NCBI GenBank assembly: GCA_963778665.1
Contig: CAVZVG010000005.1
Span: 205,805 to 269,804 of the forward strand
Length of the DNA: 64,000 nucleotides
Origin: an uncultured Gammaproteobacteria bacterium
Lineage (GTDB): Bacteria; Pseudomonadota; Gammaproteobacteria; JBBQDK01
Direction: 5' to 3'
Part shown: positions 40,605 through 50,676 of the stretch, in pieces
Numbering within the stretch: the stretch's first letter is position 1
Layout: every line of letters starts with the position of its first letter
Translations under genes and position numbers: made by a program
Notes under the pieces: model-generated
What the model was told of the DNA's origin: nothing
Databases searched by the model: none
Seen by the model: only the letters and a program-made list of their open reading frames with translations

Positions 40605-41579
40605 GTGAGCGCGGCTCTGATCGACAGTTCGGGTTTGTTGTGGGCGGATGCGGAAGAAGACGAACGCCGCTTCCGTCGCATCCTGTTCAAGGTTGCCGCG
40701 ATCTTCACGGTATTGTCGGTCGTGATGCCCTGGTTGCCGGTACCGGATCTGCTCGAGCAGCATTTGCCGCCGCTGCCACCACCGCAGGTCCGCCTGATAC
40801 TGCCGCCGCAACCGCCCGCACCGGCGCCGCATCCGGTACCGGCGCGGATCACGCCGGCACCGCAGATCGCCAAGCCCAGGCCGCAACCGGTCGTCAAGCC
40901 CGCACCGGCGAAGCGGGTCAAGACCGTCGTGGCGGCGGCGCCGCGTCCGGTCGAGGATGCACGTGCCGCACGCGCCAAGGCACAGCGATCCGGCGTGCTC
41001 GCCTTCTCGAATGCCCTGGCGGATCTGCGCGACCAGTCGGTCGATTCGAGCGTCCGCACCCGCACACGCCACAGCGGTGCAGGCAGTGCGGCCGCAGCGG
41101 TGGAACGCTCGCTGATCACGTCGGACCTCAGCCGCGGCAGTGGCGGCATCAACACGGCGTCATTGAGCCGCGACACCGGCGGCGGCAGACTGGCGGGACA
41201 CACGACAACGCGGGTGCGAAGCACGCTGGGTTCCAGTGGCGGCGTAGCGGCGGCAGACACCGAGAGCACTACCGGCGGCAGTCGCAATGCCGGCCGCAGC
41301 GTCGAAGAAATCCAGACCATATTCGATCGCAACAAAGGCGCCATCTACGCCATCTACAATCGCGCCCTGCGCAGCGATCCGACCTTGCAGGGCAAGGTGG
41401 TCCTGAAGCTGACCATCATGCCGTCGGGTCGGGTCAGCGCCTGCCGGGTGGTGTCGAGCGATCTGCATGCCGCCGATCTGGAGAGCAAACTCACCGGACG
41501 GATACTGCTGTTCGATTTCGGCGCCAAGGACGTCGGCGAATTGACGATCACCTACCCGCTGGATTTTCTGCCGGCTTGA
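40605..41579 (+). CDS. tonB: TonB-family energy transducer
   Basis: N-terminal TM, Pro-rich spacer (PPLPPPQVRLILPPQPPAPAPHPVPA..), C-terminal TonB domain (..YAIYNRALRSDPTLQGKVVLKLTIMPSGRV..). GTG start. Confidence 0.7.
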   Translation: MSAALIDSSGLLWADAEEDERRFRRILFKVAAIFTVLSVVMPWLPVPDLLEQHLPPLPPPQVRLILPPQPPAPAPHPVPARITPAPQIAKPRPQPVVKPAPAKRVKTVVAAAPRPVEDARAARAKAQRSGVLAFSNALADLRDQSVDSSVRTRTRHSGAGSAAAAVERSLITSDLSRGSGGINTASLSRDTGGGRLAGHTTTRVRSTLGSSGGVAAADTESTTGGSRNAGRSVEEIQTIFDRNKGAIYAIYNRALRSDPTLQGKVVLKLTIMPSGRVSACRVVSSDLHAADLESKLTGRILLFDFGAKDVGELTITYPLDFLPA

Positions 41580-41868
41580 TAGGGTATCTGCTGCGGGATT
41601 TGCCGGACTCACGCGCCCGGCCTGTCTAGTGATACTCAAGTCGTGGTCTGATTAATATTGTACGTCTTGAATCAGCTCAATACCGGTCGTAGATTCTGTG
41701 CTCGAGCCGCGAATCCAACCGTCAACTCCCGGCCAAAACTTACGGTCGCAGACCGCTAAAATATGCCATTCGCTACATCAACAACGGACATTCGCCGGGT
41801 AGGGCAAAGAGCGGCCCGGTGCCGACGAACGTTCCATGGACTTCACTATAAATGGCGTTTAACCTTCT

Positions 41869-42619
41869 TTACTTAGGCAGTTCTTTCTCTTTCCTGCGAC
41901 TTGCCACGAAACCCAGCAGTCCAAGACCTGAAATCAGCATCGCGTAGGATCCGGGTACTGGGACAGTATCTGTGAAATTCGCCACGAAAGTCATATCTCT
42001 TCCTCCCTGGGACGGATCTCCGGCTACTACATTTGCTATATACCAGTCAGTCGAGAGTGACAGCGGATCGCTGAACGAAGGATCGTTAAGAAAAACCATC
42101 GTTCCGCCAGCATAGGGATCAATACCTCCGGCATTGTAGCCAGCGCCATATGGCTCGAGGAAGTACGCTGGGTCCGTGACTCCCCCGCCCACAGTCATAT
42201 AAGCGACATATTCATTCCCTGCCGCCAGGCTAAGGTTGATGTCAGAGGCGGTGTAGGCTGAGGCGCTCAAGGGAGAGCCGGCTAAAACTCCGCTGGCGAT
42301 GTTCACCAAAGTGGAATAAAGCGCTGGCCCCAACGGCCTTAGTCCCGTCCCAGGATGCAACCACAAACTCGACATTGCCACCAACGGGCCCCCCGGGACA
42401 TAAAACGTCCAATCGGTGCAGTGTTGCCGCCCGGTGCTACGAACGTTTGCCCCATAGTTGCCACACCAATTGCCGTACCAAAGAAGGTGAAAGTCTGATT
42501 TTCAATAGGGTTTTGAATGGTGCTCGCACCAGCAGGAACGGCCGTCACCAGTCCCCAAAGCATCGCTGCCCCCAGTGCTGCCGGAGCGAATAACCTAACG
42601 ATACATTGTCTTCATAGTT
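41869..42619 (-). pseudogene. PEP-CTERM sorting-domain protein gene with two or more apparent frameshifts
   Basis: C-terminal ..VPVPGSYAMLISGLGLLGFVASRRKEK is a PEP-CTERM motif. The N-terminal segment lies in another frame (ORF 42339..42563). A further upstream frame gives MKTMYR followed by a stop one base out of frame from LFAPAALGAAMLWGLVTAVPAGA, a typical signal peptide. Confidence 0.5.
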
Positions 42620-43317
42620 ACCCCCCCTCGTGTCAGTAACGTATCGTTCCCATCGAATCCATATATTTTGTCAGCTGATGTTGTGCCAATGAGCGCGTCA
42701 TCACCGATAGTTCCATTGATTGCGGCAGCAGTTGTCGTAGTACTCATGAGAATGACGTGAAACATTCATGGCACAGATCCTCCGTAAAAAAACCGTTATT
42801 GTCGGTTCGATCCCGAGAACACCGCTCTGCGTCGGCTCTGCCCTCTTCGCTACGCACAGCAATATTCATTCCGGACCGAGTAAGCAGGTTCCTAAGGTAT
42901 TGTAGGTATTGTTTTTTGAAATGGCAGATTTCTGGCAGTTTTCAACAGACGGGCTGCAGCAATGAGGGTGTTAACTATGCTGACAGCACCGGATTTGTGC
43001 AGGACCGAAAAGTGACTGAACCGTGGGAATAAACAACGAAATTTCCGTGGCCGATCTGTTGTCGAGATATTTGACGCGAGAACCGTGAAATTTACATTTA
43101 GAGTTTTCAGCATTACTCAGCAAAGCGTAAAGAGGAATGTCGTAGTTGGGTCGGACTAAGCCGGATGAAAACTGCCGCGTCATCCGTCGACTTTACAGCC
43201 AAAAGCTGCCATTCGCATATCCTTGATCAGGTTGACTTAAGGCCACCAGGGAAATTACGACTCCGTTACCATCAACAACGGAGAACCGTGGTTTGTCGCC
43301 ATTCTCCGCGCATGAAA

Positions 43318-46300
43318 TCACGGCTGCGGCGCTTTCGATACATTTCCTGCCGCATTGCCCACCACGGCCGCACCGCCCTGCTCTTCCGCAAACAGCGGCT
43401 GCAGAGTCGGCGCCAGCACCTTCAGCACCTGCACCGGCAAGGCACTCGTGAATTTGTAGTCCGCGGCGGCATCGCCTTTGACGAAAGCGGTGACGGTGCC
43501 GAAGAACCGGGAACCGATCATGAACACGAACGTGGCCGTGCGGCTGACGACTTTGTCATCGATCAGATGCCCGCCCGGACCGAATATTTCGCGGCGATTG
43601 TCGCCGGTGCCGGTCTTGCCGCCGACGGCGATGATCTGGCCGTCTTTGCCGACGAAGGGATGGCCGAGGCGGCGCGCGGTGCCCTGCTCCACCACGCCGA
43701 TGATGGCACGGCGCGCGACGGCTGCGACTTGCGGATCGAGAACCTGTTCACCCTCGCTGTCAGGGCGCGCCAGATCCGCTTCATACGGTGTGCCCGTCGC
43801 GAAGTGATAATCGGTGAAACGCACCGTCGGCAGACGACGGCCGTTGTTGACCAGGATCCCCATCAGTTCGGCCAGCGCCGCCGGGCGGTCCGCGGAACTG
43901 CCGATCGCCGTGGCATACGAAGGCACCAGTGAGTCGAAGGGATAGCCGAGTCGTTTCCAGGCCTGATGTATCTCGGCGAAGGCCTCGATTTCCAGCAGGG
44001 TACGGATGCGGATGTCCTGTTTGTTTTTCCGGCGCGTCTTGAACAGCCAGCTGTACACGGCCTGACGCTGCGCGGCGCTCGCCTCGATGACTTCGGAGAT
44101 GCCGGCGCCAGGATGCTGATGCAGATAGCCGATCAACCATAATTCCAGAGGATGCACTCGGGCGATGTAGCCGCGATCCTGCAGGTCGAATTTGTCCGGT
44201 GAATATTTGCGGTACAGGGCATCGATCTCGGCCTGGTCCAGCGACTGCGTATCGATATGGCTGTAGACGAACCGCGCGACCTCTTCGCTATCGGCCTGCG
44301 GCAGCACCGAACGGTAAATCGTCACCAACCGGACCGGTGTGACGTGCAGATCCTGCAGCAACAGGTCCAGGGACTGCTGCACATCCTTGCCCTGATACCT
44401 GGCGTAGAAGCGTCGCAGGAATACTTTGCCTTCTCGGTCGGCGAAGCGCTGCAGATAGACCTGACGGAGCGGATCGTCGGGATTTTCCAGCTCCCGCGCC
44501 ACCCCTCCGGGCTTGTAGATGTAATGGTAGACGATATCGCGCATCAGACGGATGAAGACCAGATTCACCGAGTCATGCAGCGCATCCTCGACCGACAATA
44601 CCTTGTTGTTGTCCTCGGCCTTGAAGTTGACGAAGTTGTGCGCGCCGCCGCCGGTGAAAAAGGTTTCCGCGGGCGAGGCGGAATAACGTCGTTCCATGGC
44701 CGCATCGAGTGCCGTCGTCAGTGTATGGTCGGTCGTCGTCCGCAGATAACCGATCATCCAGCGTGTGATGTTGTCACGTGGATCGGGCTGCTGGTCGCGC
44801 AATTCCTGCTGTGACATCGGCGCGTATTGCCTGTAAAGATCGGAAACTATCTCCAGGTAATGCACCAGCGTGCGCAGCTTGGCGGTGGAACCCAGATCCA
44901 GCTTGACGCCCTCGTTGATGTCGAGCGGCTGGTCGTAATTGTCGGTCTGAACGCGCAGCAGATTGCCTTCCGCGCCGCGTTCATACAGCGTGAAGCTGTA
45001 GATCACCCGGCTCAGGTCGTCACCCGGACCGAACAGACGCATGCCGGTCAGACCGGCGCTGTCGATGAACGCGGGCTCACGCAAACGGCGCAGCAGATCG
45101 GTGACCTTATGCTGCAGGCCGACGTTCAGCGTGCTCTGCACGGTGAGGTCGAGCCGGTCGAGATCGTACAGGCTGTTGATGCCGAGATCCTGACTCAACC
45201 GGGTGCGCAGCGTGGTGGCGCTCTTGCGCATGGCGAAGGGTTGATCGTCGACCGGCGGCGAACGCCGCAGCTCGATGTGCGCCGCCAGCGCCGCATCGCG
45301 CAACGCCGGTGTGATGACCTTGGCGCCGGCCAGCAGCCGCAGGTAGCTGTCGGTCAGTGATTGCAGTGACGCATAACCTTTCGACAGATAATAGGAGGGC
45401 CGGCGATGCGCGATCAGCAGACTGAGCGCTTCGCGATAGGCGCGCCCCGCCGCAGCGGAGACCGCGCCACCGCGCTGTATCGCGCCGGCACGCAGCAGCC
45501 TGTTGAAGGTCTCGAAGTCGGTACCGAACCAGGCCTCCACGCCGTCGCCGTAACCGTTGATCTCGCCATAACCGCGCGCCGCGGCCAGCGGCACGGTGTT
45601 GAGATAATCGCGCACGATGTTCTTGCGCACCGGCAAGGTATCAGGCCCATGCCGATAGGCACGCAGCGAGGCACTCACCATCTGGCGGAGCTTTTCCGTG
45701 GCATTGCCGGTGATGCCGTCCGGCGAATGCCGGAACTTTTCCAATTGTGTCGCCAGCGTGCTGCCGCCCGCGGCATTGCGGTCGGGATCGATGAACTGCA
45801 TGGCCTTGTCGTAGACCGCCTTGCCGATCCGTTCCCATTCCAGAGCCGGATTCTGCTGCGGATCGTCGGCGTCCAGCAGCGTGCGGTTTTCGATGAACAA
45901 CAGGGTATCGACGATGACCGGCGGGATGTCTTCGAAGCGTGCATAGATCTTGCGCGGGAACAGTCTTGTGACCAGATTTTGTTCCCGGCTGCCGAGCACG
46001 CGCAGTCCGGCCTGATCCTTCTCATCGTAGGTGGCGAACAGGCCGAGCCCCATGAGATCGAGGAGTGCCGGCGACATGCGCGCCTGTTCGGTCACCCGGT
46101 AACCGGCGCCGCGCAGGCGCGCGATGAGCTGCGGCAGCCTTACATAACCGAAACGCCGGTCGTACGGTCCGGTGACCGGATAACGGACCTGCGATGTAGG
46201 TCCCGCGCCCAACTTGAAGCTGAGCTGCGCGGCATACTGCGGCAGATACTCGGCCTGCAGACGCGCGTTCTGCATTTCGTCATAGGCCAATCCCGCCAGT

Positions 46301-46380
46301 GCAAGAGCGATGATCAGCAACGGCCCGTAGATAAGCAGACGTTCTACCGTGCGCAGCAGATACCATGCGGGCGACCTCAC
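43318..46380 (-). CDS. Large (1020 aa) PBP1-like protein with a GT51 transglycosylase domain and a C-terminal KTG-containing transpeptidase-like domain
   Basis: N-terminal TM; ..DTLLFIENRTLL.. and ..AAGGSTLATQLEKF.. glycosyltransferase-51 motifs; ..GGKTGTGDN.. near the C-terminus. Confidence 0.7.
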   Translation of the reverse strand: MRSPAWYLLRTVERLLIYGPLLIIALALAGLAYDEMQNARLQAEYLPQYAAQLSFKLGAGPTSQVRYPVTGPYDRRFGYVRLPQLIARLRGAGYRVTEQARMSPALLDLMGLGLFATYDEKDQAGLRVLGSREQNLVTRLFPRKIYARFEDIPPVIVDTLLFIENRTLLDADDPQQNPALEWERIGKAVYDKAMQFIDPDRNAAGGSTLATQLEKFRHSPDGITGNATEKLRQMVSASLRAYRHGPDTLPVRKNIVRDYLNTVPLAAARGYGEINGYGDGVEAWFGTDFETFNRLLRAGAIQRGGAVSAAAGRAYREALSLLIAHRRPSYYLSKGYASLQSLTDSYLRLLAGAKVITPALRDAALAAHIELRRSPPVDDQPFAMRKSATTLRTRLSQDLGINSLYDLDRLDLTVQSTLNVGLQHKVTDLLRRLREPAFIDSAGLTGMRLFGPGDDLSRVIYSFTLYERGAEGNLLRVQTDNYDQPLDINEGVKLDLGSTAKLRTLVHYLEIVSDLYRQYAPMSQQELRDQQPDPRDNITRWMIGYLRTTTDHTLTTALDAAMERRYSASPAETFFTGGGAHNFVNFKAEDNNKVLSVEDALHDSVNLVFIRLMRDIVYHYIYKPGGVARELENPDDPLRQVYLQRFADREGKVFLRRFYARYQGKDVQQSLDLLLQDLHVTPVRLVTIYRSVLPQADSEEVARFVYSHIDTQSLDQAEIDALYRKYSPDKFDLQDRGYIARVHPLELWLIGYLHQHPGAGISEVIEASAAQRQAVYSWLFKTRRKNKQDIRIRTLLEIEAFAEIHQAWKRLGYPFDSLVPSYATAIGSSADRPAALAELMGILVNNGRRLPTVRFTDYHFATGTPYEADLARPDSEGEQVLDPQVAAVARRAIIGVVEQGTARRLGHPFVGKDGQIIAVGGKTGTGDNRREIFGPGGHLIDDKVVSRTATFVFMIGSRFFGTVTAFVKGDAAADYKFTSALPVQVLKVLAPTLQPLFAEEQGGAAVVGNAAGNVSKAPQP

Positions 46381-46476
46381 TGTCCCACTATCCTTTTACA
46401 CGGCATACTTGTCAGGATGGCACATTGTTCGCGATCGATGATGACCTCGCATGAGAGTAGCACAACCCCGCCGACG

Positions 46477-47424
46477 TCATTCGGCTTGCACGAGTGACGC
46501 TGCGGTAACAGCCCGTCCTTCCTGATTATCGGCCGTGACGAGAGGGGCACGCCGCCGCTCCAGCAAGCGGCCACCCCATTGGTGCGCGACCAGACCGGCG
46601 AGAATCAGCGCCGTACCGAGCCAGATTCGCGGGGCGATGTGTTCACCGTTCAGGGTCTGACCCAGCCCCAAGGCAATCACCGGTGTGACCAGCGTGATCA
46701 AGACCGCGCGACTGGCTGCCACCTGCTTCAATAAATAATAGAACAACACGAAGCCGACCACCGAACCCATCAGGCTCAGATAAAGAATGGAGAAGCCGGC
46801 GCGCGCCGTCAGATGACCGGGCGCATGACCGTCCAGTACCAGCCAGACCAGCAGGTACAAGGGCGCCGCGACCAGCAGGCCGCCGCCGGTCACCGCCAAC
46901 GCCGGCACACCGGCACCGATGCGCTTCACCCAGACAGTGCTGATCGAGTGCAGCAGTACCGACAGCAGCACGCCAAGCATACCCGATACCGCCACGTGTT
47001 TATCCACCAGCCCCTGGCCGAAAATCAGCAGCAGTCCGCCGAAGCCCAGCAGCATGCCGACGCTGCGGGCCGGCGAGAAGGCGCGCTCCTGCAGCCAGAG
47101 CGCGGCCAGCAGTCCGGTCACCATGGGCGTCAGTCCGTACAACACCGAGATCAGGCCCGAGGGAATGAACTGTGCACTCCAATAGACGCAGGACATGGCG
47201 CCGAAGATGCCGAGCCCCGCGGCGAGATAGGTATGCAGTGCCGCGCGATCGCGCCGCAGCGGCACACTGAACAGACCCATGAAGGCCAGGCAGAACAGCG
47301 CGCCCAGCCACATGCGCGCGGCGACGCCGAACAGGAAGCCGCCACCTTCACTGCTCCACTGAATCGCGAGCGGCGTCGTCGACCAGATCAGGATCACGCC
47401 CAGAAACGCTGCCGGCACTGACAT
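46477..47424 (-). CDS. DMT-superfamily (EamA-like) transporter
   Basis: Ten predicted TM helices with duplicated EamA halves. GAGGAG RBS 6 nt upstream of ATG (MSVPAAFLGVILIW..). Confidence 0.75.
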   Translation of the reverse strand: MSVPAAFLGVILIWSTTPLAIQWSSEGGGFLFGVAARMWLGALFCLAFMGLFSVPLRRDRAALHTYLAAGLGIFGAMSCVYWSAQFIPSGLISVLYGLTPMVTGLLAALWLQERAFSPARSVGMLLGFGGLLLIFGQGLVDKHVAVSGMLGVLLSVLLHSISTVWVKRIGAGVPALAVTGGGLLVAAPLYLLVWLVLDGHAPGHLTARAGFSILYLSLMGSVVGFVLFYYLLKQVAASRAVLITLVTPVIALGLGQTLNGEHIAPRIWLGTALILAGLVAHQWGGRLLERRRAPLVTADNQEGRAVTAASLVQAE

Positions 47425-47862
47425 CACTGTCTCCTCAATCGCAAGGCTAAAAACTAAAAAGGCCACAGATCTTGCGAATCTGTGGCCTGGGAAATCCGGA
47501 ATGTGCGGTGCTTAGCTAAGCAGTCAACTCGTCTCCCCCAGGCGCGTTATCGCGCGACGCAGCCATACGGCGCGTGCGACGCGAATAATGCATTTGGAGG
47601 CGTGATGCGAAGACATGATCGTAGTCTCTCCCGGATGCGCCGCCGCTGTCAAGACAGATGGCACAAGTCGGAGTTTCGGTCTTCGTCGTGGGACAGTTCG
47701 TCGATATGAGCGAGCGGTTAGAGACCGCATCGACATCCCGCGCCGCTTTCTGCGCAAAATCCCAACCCGGGACTCAACTTTCCCCGCAGACTGCCGATAG
47801 GCTGGCCAAGCCTTCCCGAAAGGTATTGTTCACTCCCTCTCCGATTTGCCCAGGACGATCCG

Positions 47863-48060
47863 ATGGACATATCCAGTGCCAGCACCACAAACGGCCTTGT
47901 CGCCGGAACCACAACCGACAACCCTGTCAGCGTCGTCATGCTGAAAAAGGCGATGCAGATCGAACAGCAGACCGCAAAGGCGCTCATCGACAGCCTGCCG
48001 CAACCCCCAGCGATCGATCCGAATTCCTCGCTGGGTCGCAATATCGATGTGAAGGCTTGA
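47863..48060 (+). CDS. yjfB: YjfB-family putative motility protein
   Basis: MDISSASTTNGLVAGTTTDNPVSVVMLKKAMQIEQQTAKALIDSLPQ..LGRNIDVKA is collinear with E. coli YjfB (MDISSVASS..VALLKKAQDL..LGQNVDIRV). Confidence 0.55.
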   Translation: MDISSASTTNGLVAGTTTDNPVSVVMLKKAMQIEQQTAKALIDSLPQPPAIDPNSSLGRNIDVKA

Positions 48061-48342
48061 ACCTAACCTGCATTGTTGCGGTCCATCCCTTGTCGGGAAT
48101 CCAATAGCGACCGCACTTCCTAGTAAAAAGTGTTACCGCCGTCCCAGCAACGAACCTGGGCTTGTGGGACTCTGTGTTGATTCCCAAACACAATCGACCC
48201 ACTTATCATCTACCGGACTCTTTAGATATCCGCAAGGTTTTCAGCACGCGAGGAGCCACCTGGATGCGGCCTTGTTCATCAATCCTCGATTGGTACAATT
48301 TCGTCATCCTGCGCAAACTGAAGACCGGGAGAAACCCCAACG

Positions 48343-48615
48343 ATGTTTACACTGCCATCCATGTGGAATCTGATCATCTCCACCATCGTCTTCTTCATCG
48401 CTGTTCGCTATATCCGCCGTTATCTGGATGACAATGGACTCCCCAAAGGAGTGACCCGCGGCTTGCTGGTGTTTGTCGTCGCTACGTTGGTGTCATGCGG
48501 CGCGGGAGATGTTGTGGACTGGACACAGCACAAAATCGAAGGGACACCGCCACCGGCACAAACCTCGGATGATTTGACGCAACTGCTGAAGGAGCTTGGC
48601 AAGGCGCAACCCTGA
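48343..48615 (+). CDS. Small two-TM membrane protein, hypothetical
   Basis: 90-aa ORF with two hydrophobic helices (IISTIVFFIAV, LLVFVVATLVS) in otherwise gene-free space. Weak support. Confidence 0.35.
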   Translation: MFTLPSMWNLIISTIVFFIAVRYIRRYLDDNGLPKGVTRGLLVFVVATLVSCGAGDVVDWTQHKIEGTPPPAQTSDDLTQLLKELGKAQP

Positions 48616-48771
48616 CAATGCTTTCTCCGCCATATCACTCTCAGTGACCATACCAAACCACCGCGCGTTGACCCTGTCAGGATGCGCGCCTAAGATGTAC
48701 GCGGCATTACTGATACGCCACTCGGCGACAGTTCGTAATCACAACCACTTAACAATGCCAAGGAGCCCAAC

Positions 48772-49377
48772 ATGAATATATTCAGCCGTCTGTCACTCGC
48801 CGTGCTGCTGTGCGGCACATCGCTGGCCATGGCCGATGAACTCACCATCACTATGCACGCGGTCGACGCCAAGGGTATCGGCGCATCCATCGGCACGATC
48901 CTCGCCGCCGACAGTAAAAACGGTCTGGTCCTCACGCCGCAATTGACCGGTCTCACTCCCGGCTTGCACGGCTTTCATGTCCACCAGAATCCGGATTGCG
49001 CGCCCGGCATGAAGGACGGCCAGATGGTTGCGGCATTTTCCGCCGGCGGGCATTTCGATCCTGCCAAGACCGGCAAGCATGAAGGCCCGATGGGGAACGG
49101 ACACCTCGGCGATCTGCCCGCGCTGAATGTCGGCGCCGATGGCAAGGCGACGCAGCCCGTCACCGCCCCGCGCCTGAAGGTCGCCGACCTGCACGGCCGT
49201 TCCTTGATGATTCATGCCGGTGCCGATAATTATTCCGATAAACCCAAACCACTCGGCGGCGGCGGAGCGCGCGTCGCCTGCGGAGTGGTGGACGGCAAGA
49301 TGAACATCGGATTCGGCCCGACTTGGAGCGCATCATCGCCATGGACCGTGTTCCAGGAACACGGTCCTGAAGGATGA
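48772..49377 (+). CDS. sodC: Periplasmic Cu/Zn superoxide dismutase
   Basis: Signal peptide; GFHVHQNPDC, GGHFDP, GNGHLGDLP, GGGGARVACGV motifs. It has about 25 extra C-terminal residues beyond the usual ACGVI terminus. Confidence 0.85.
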   Translation: MNIFSRLSLAVLLCGTSLAMADELTITMHAVDAKGIGASIGTILAADSKNGLVLTPQLTGLTPGLHGFHVHQNPDCAPGMKDGQMVAAFSAGGHFDPAKTGKHEGPMGNGHLGDLPALNVGADGKATQPVTAPRLKVADLHGRSLMIHAGADNYSDKPKPLGGGGARVACGVVDGKMNIGFGPTWSASSPWTVFQEHGPEG

Positions 49378-49498
49378 ACCGGGGAAGCGACTGCAGATGG
49401 ATATGTACGCGGGGACATCACGCCGGAGAACTGCACCTGCCTTGCCCGTTCACGACCGGCGAAAAACGCACAGGAAATACCTTGATGTTCCCTGACTG

Positions 49499-50602
49499 AT
49501 GCCAAGGCTGACCGACACAGTGATCATCGGTGGTGGTCTGAGCGGGACTTATCTCGCGCACCGATTGTCGCGGATGAATCATGATTTCCTGCTGATCGAG
49601 GCGCGGGATCGTCTGGGTGGGCGTATATTGTCGCAAGCGCCCGAACATCGATCCTCAAATGACGCCTCTGCGCGCTTCGATCTGGGACCGGCGTGGGTCT
49701 GGCCACCATTTCAGCCGTTGATAAGTCGCTTGATCGATGAACTGGCCATCCCTCTCTTTCCGCAATACACCGAGGGCGCGCTGCTCTATGAAGCCGCCGA
49801 CGGCTCGGGACCGCAGCGCTACAGTAGCCCATCGGCACACGCGCAATCCTATCGTGTAACGGGTGGCGCGATGACCATTATCGAAGGACTCGCTGCATCC
49901 ATTGCCCCGGATTCCCTGTCGCTGGGCACAAACGCCCTCCGTGTCAGCCGGCATGCCGCGGGCGTCACCGTGGACACGATCGATGCGCAAGGAAAGCCGC
50001 AATCGATACGCGCGCAACACGTGGTGTTGGCCATGCCGCCGCGGTTGATGGAACGCATGGCATTCGTTCCCGCCCTGCCTGACACGGTACGCCATCATTG
50101 GCTCGCCACACCCACCTGGATGGCGGGCCACGCGAAAGTCATCGCGCTCTATGCAACGCCCTTCTGGCGCGAACAGGGTCTGTCAGGCGAGGCATTCAGT
50201 CAGCGCGGCCCCTTGGCGGAGATTCATGATGCGTCACCTGTGTCCGGCGGTCCGTATGCCTTGTTTGGATTTGCGGGGATCAATGCTGCCATGCGCCGGG
50301 AGCTTGGCATACAGGAGCTTTCCCGACGGATCCTGGAGCAACTTCAGCGCCTATTCGGGGAGCAGGCATCTCAGCCTGTGGAGTTGTTGATCAAAGACTG
50401 GAGTGATGACGAGTTGACTGCAACCGAATCAGACCGGGCGCCTCTGATGCATCATCCCGAGTATGGATTTACACAATCGGAACGCACCCTCTGGGAGGGG
50501 AGCATGCTGCTTGCCGGCTCGGAGTCCGCGGTATTGAGCGGCGGCTATCTGGAAGGCGCCCTCGAGGCATCAGATGAGGTGTTGAACCGCCTTTCGGTAT
50601 GA
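49499..50602 (+). CDS. FAD-dependent amine-oxidase-like oxidoreductase
   Basis: N-terminal dinucleotide-binding motif VIIGGGLSGTYLA..LLIEARDRLGGR; 367 aa. Confidence 0.7.
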   Translation: MPRLTDTVIIGGGLSGTYLAHRLSRMNHDFLLIEARDRLGGRILSQAPEHRSSNDASARFDLGPAWVWPPFQPLISRLIDELAIPLFPQYTEGALLYEAADGSGPQRYSSPSAHAQSYRVTGGAMTIIEGLAASIAPDSLSLGTNALRVSRHAAGVTVDTIDAQGKPQSIRAQHVVLAMPPRLMERMAFVPALPDTVRHHWLATPTWMAGHAKVIALYATPFWREQGLSGEAFSQRGPLAEIHDASPVSGGPYALFGFAGINAAMRRELGIQELSRRILEQLQRLFGEQASQPVELLIKDWSDDELTATESDRAPLMHHPEYGFTQSERTLWEGSMLLAGSESAVLSGGYLEGALEASDEVLNRLSV

Positions 50603-50676
50603 GAAGACCGAAGGACTGATACCAAGGAACTACCAAGGAACCTCTTGACAGGATTCCGCGCCCCGACTTTCCCATA

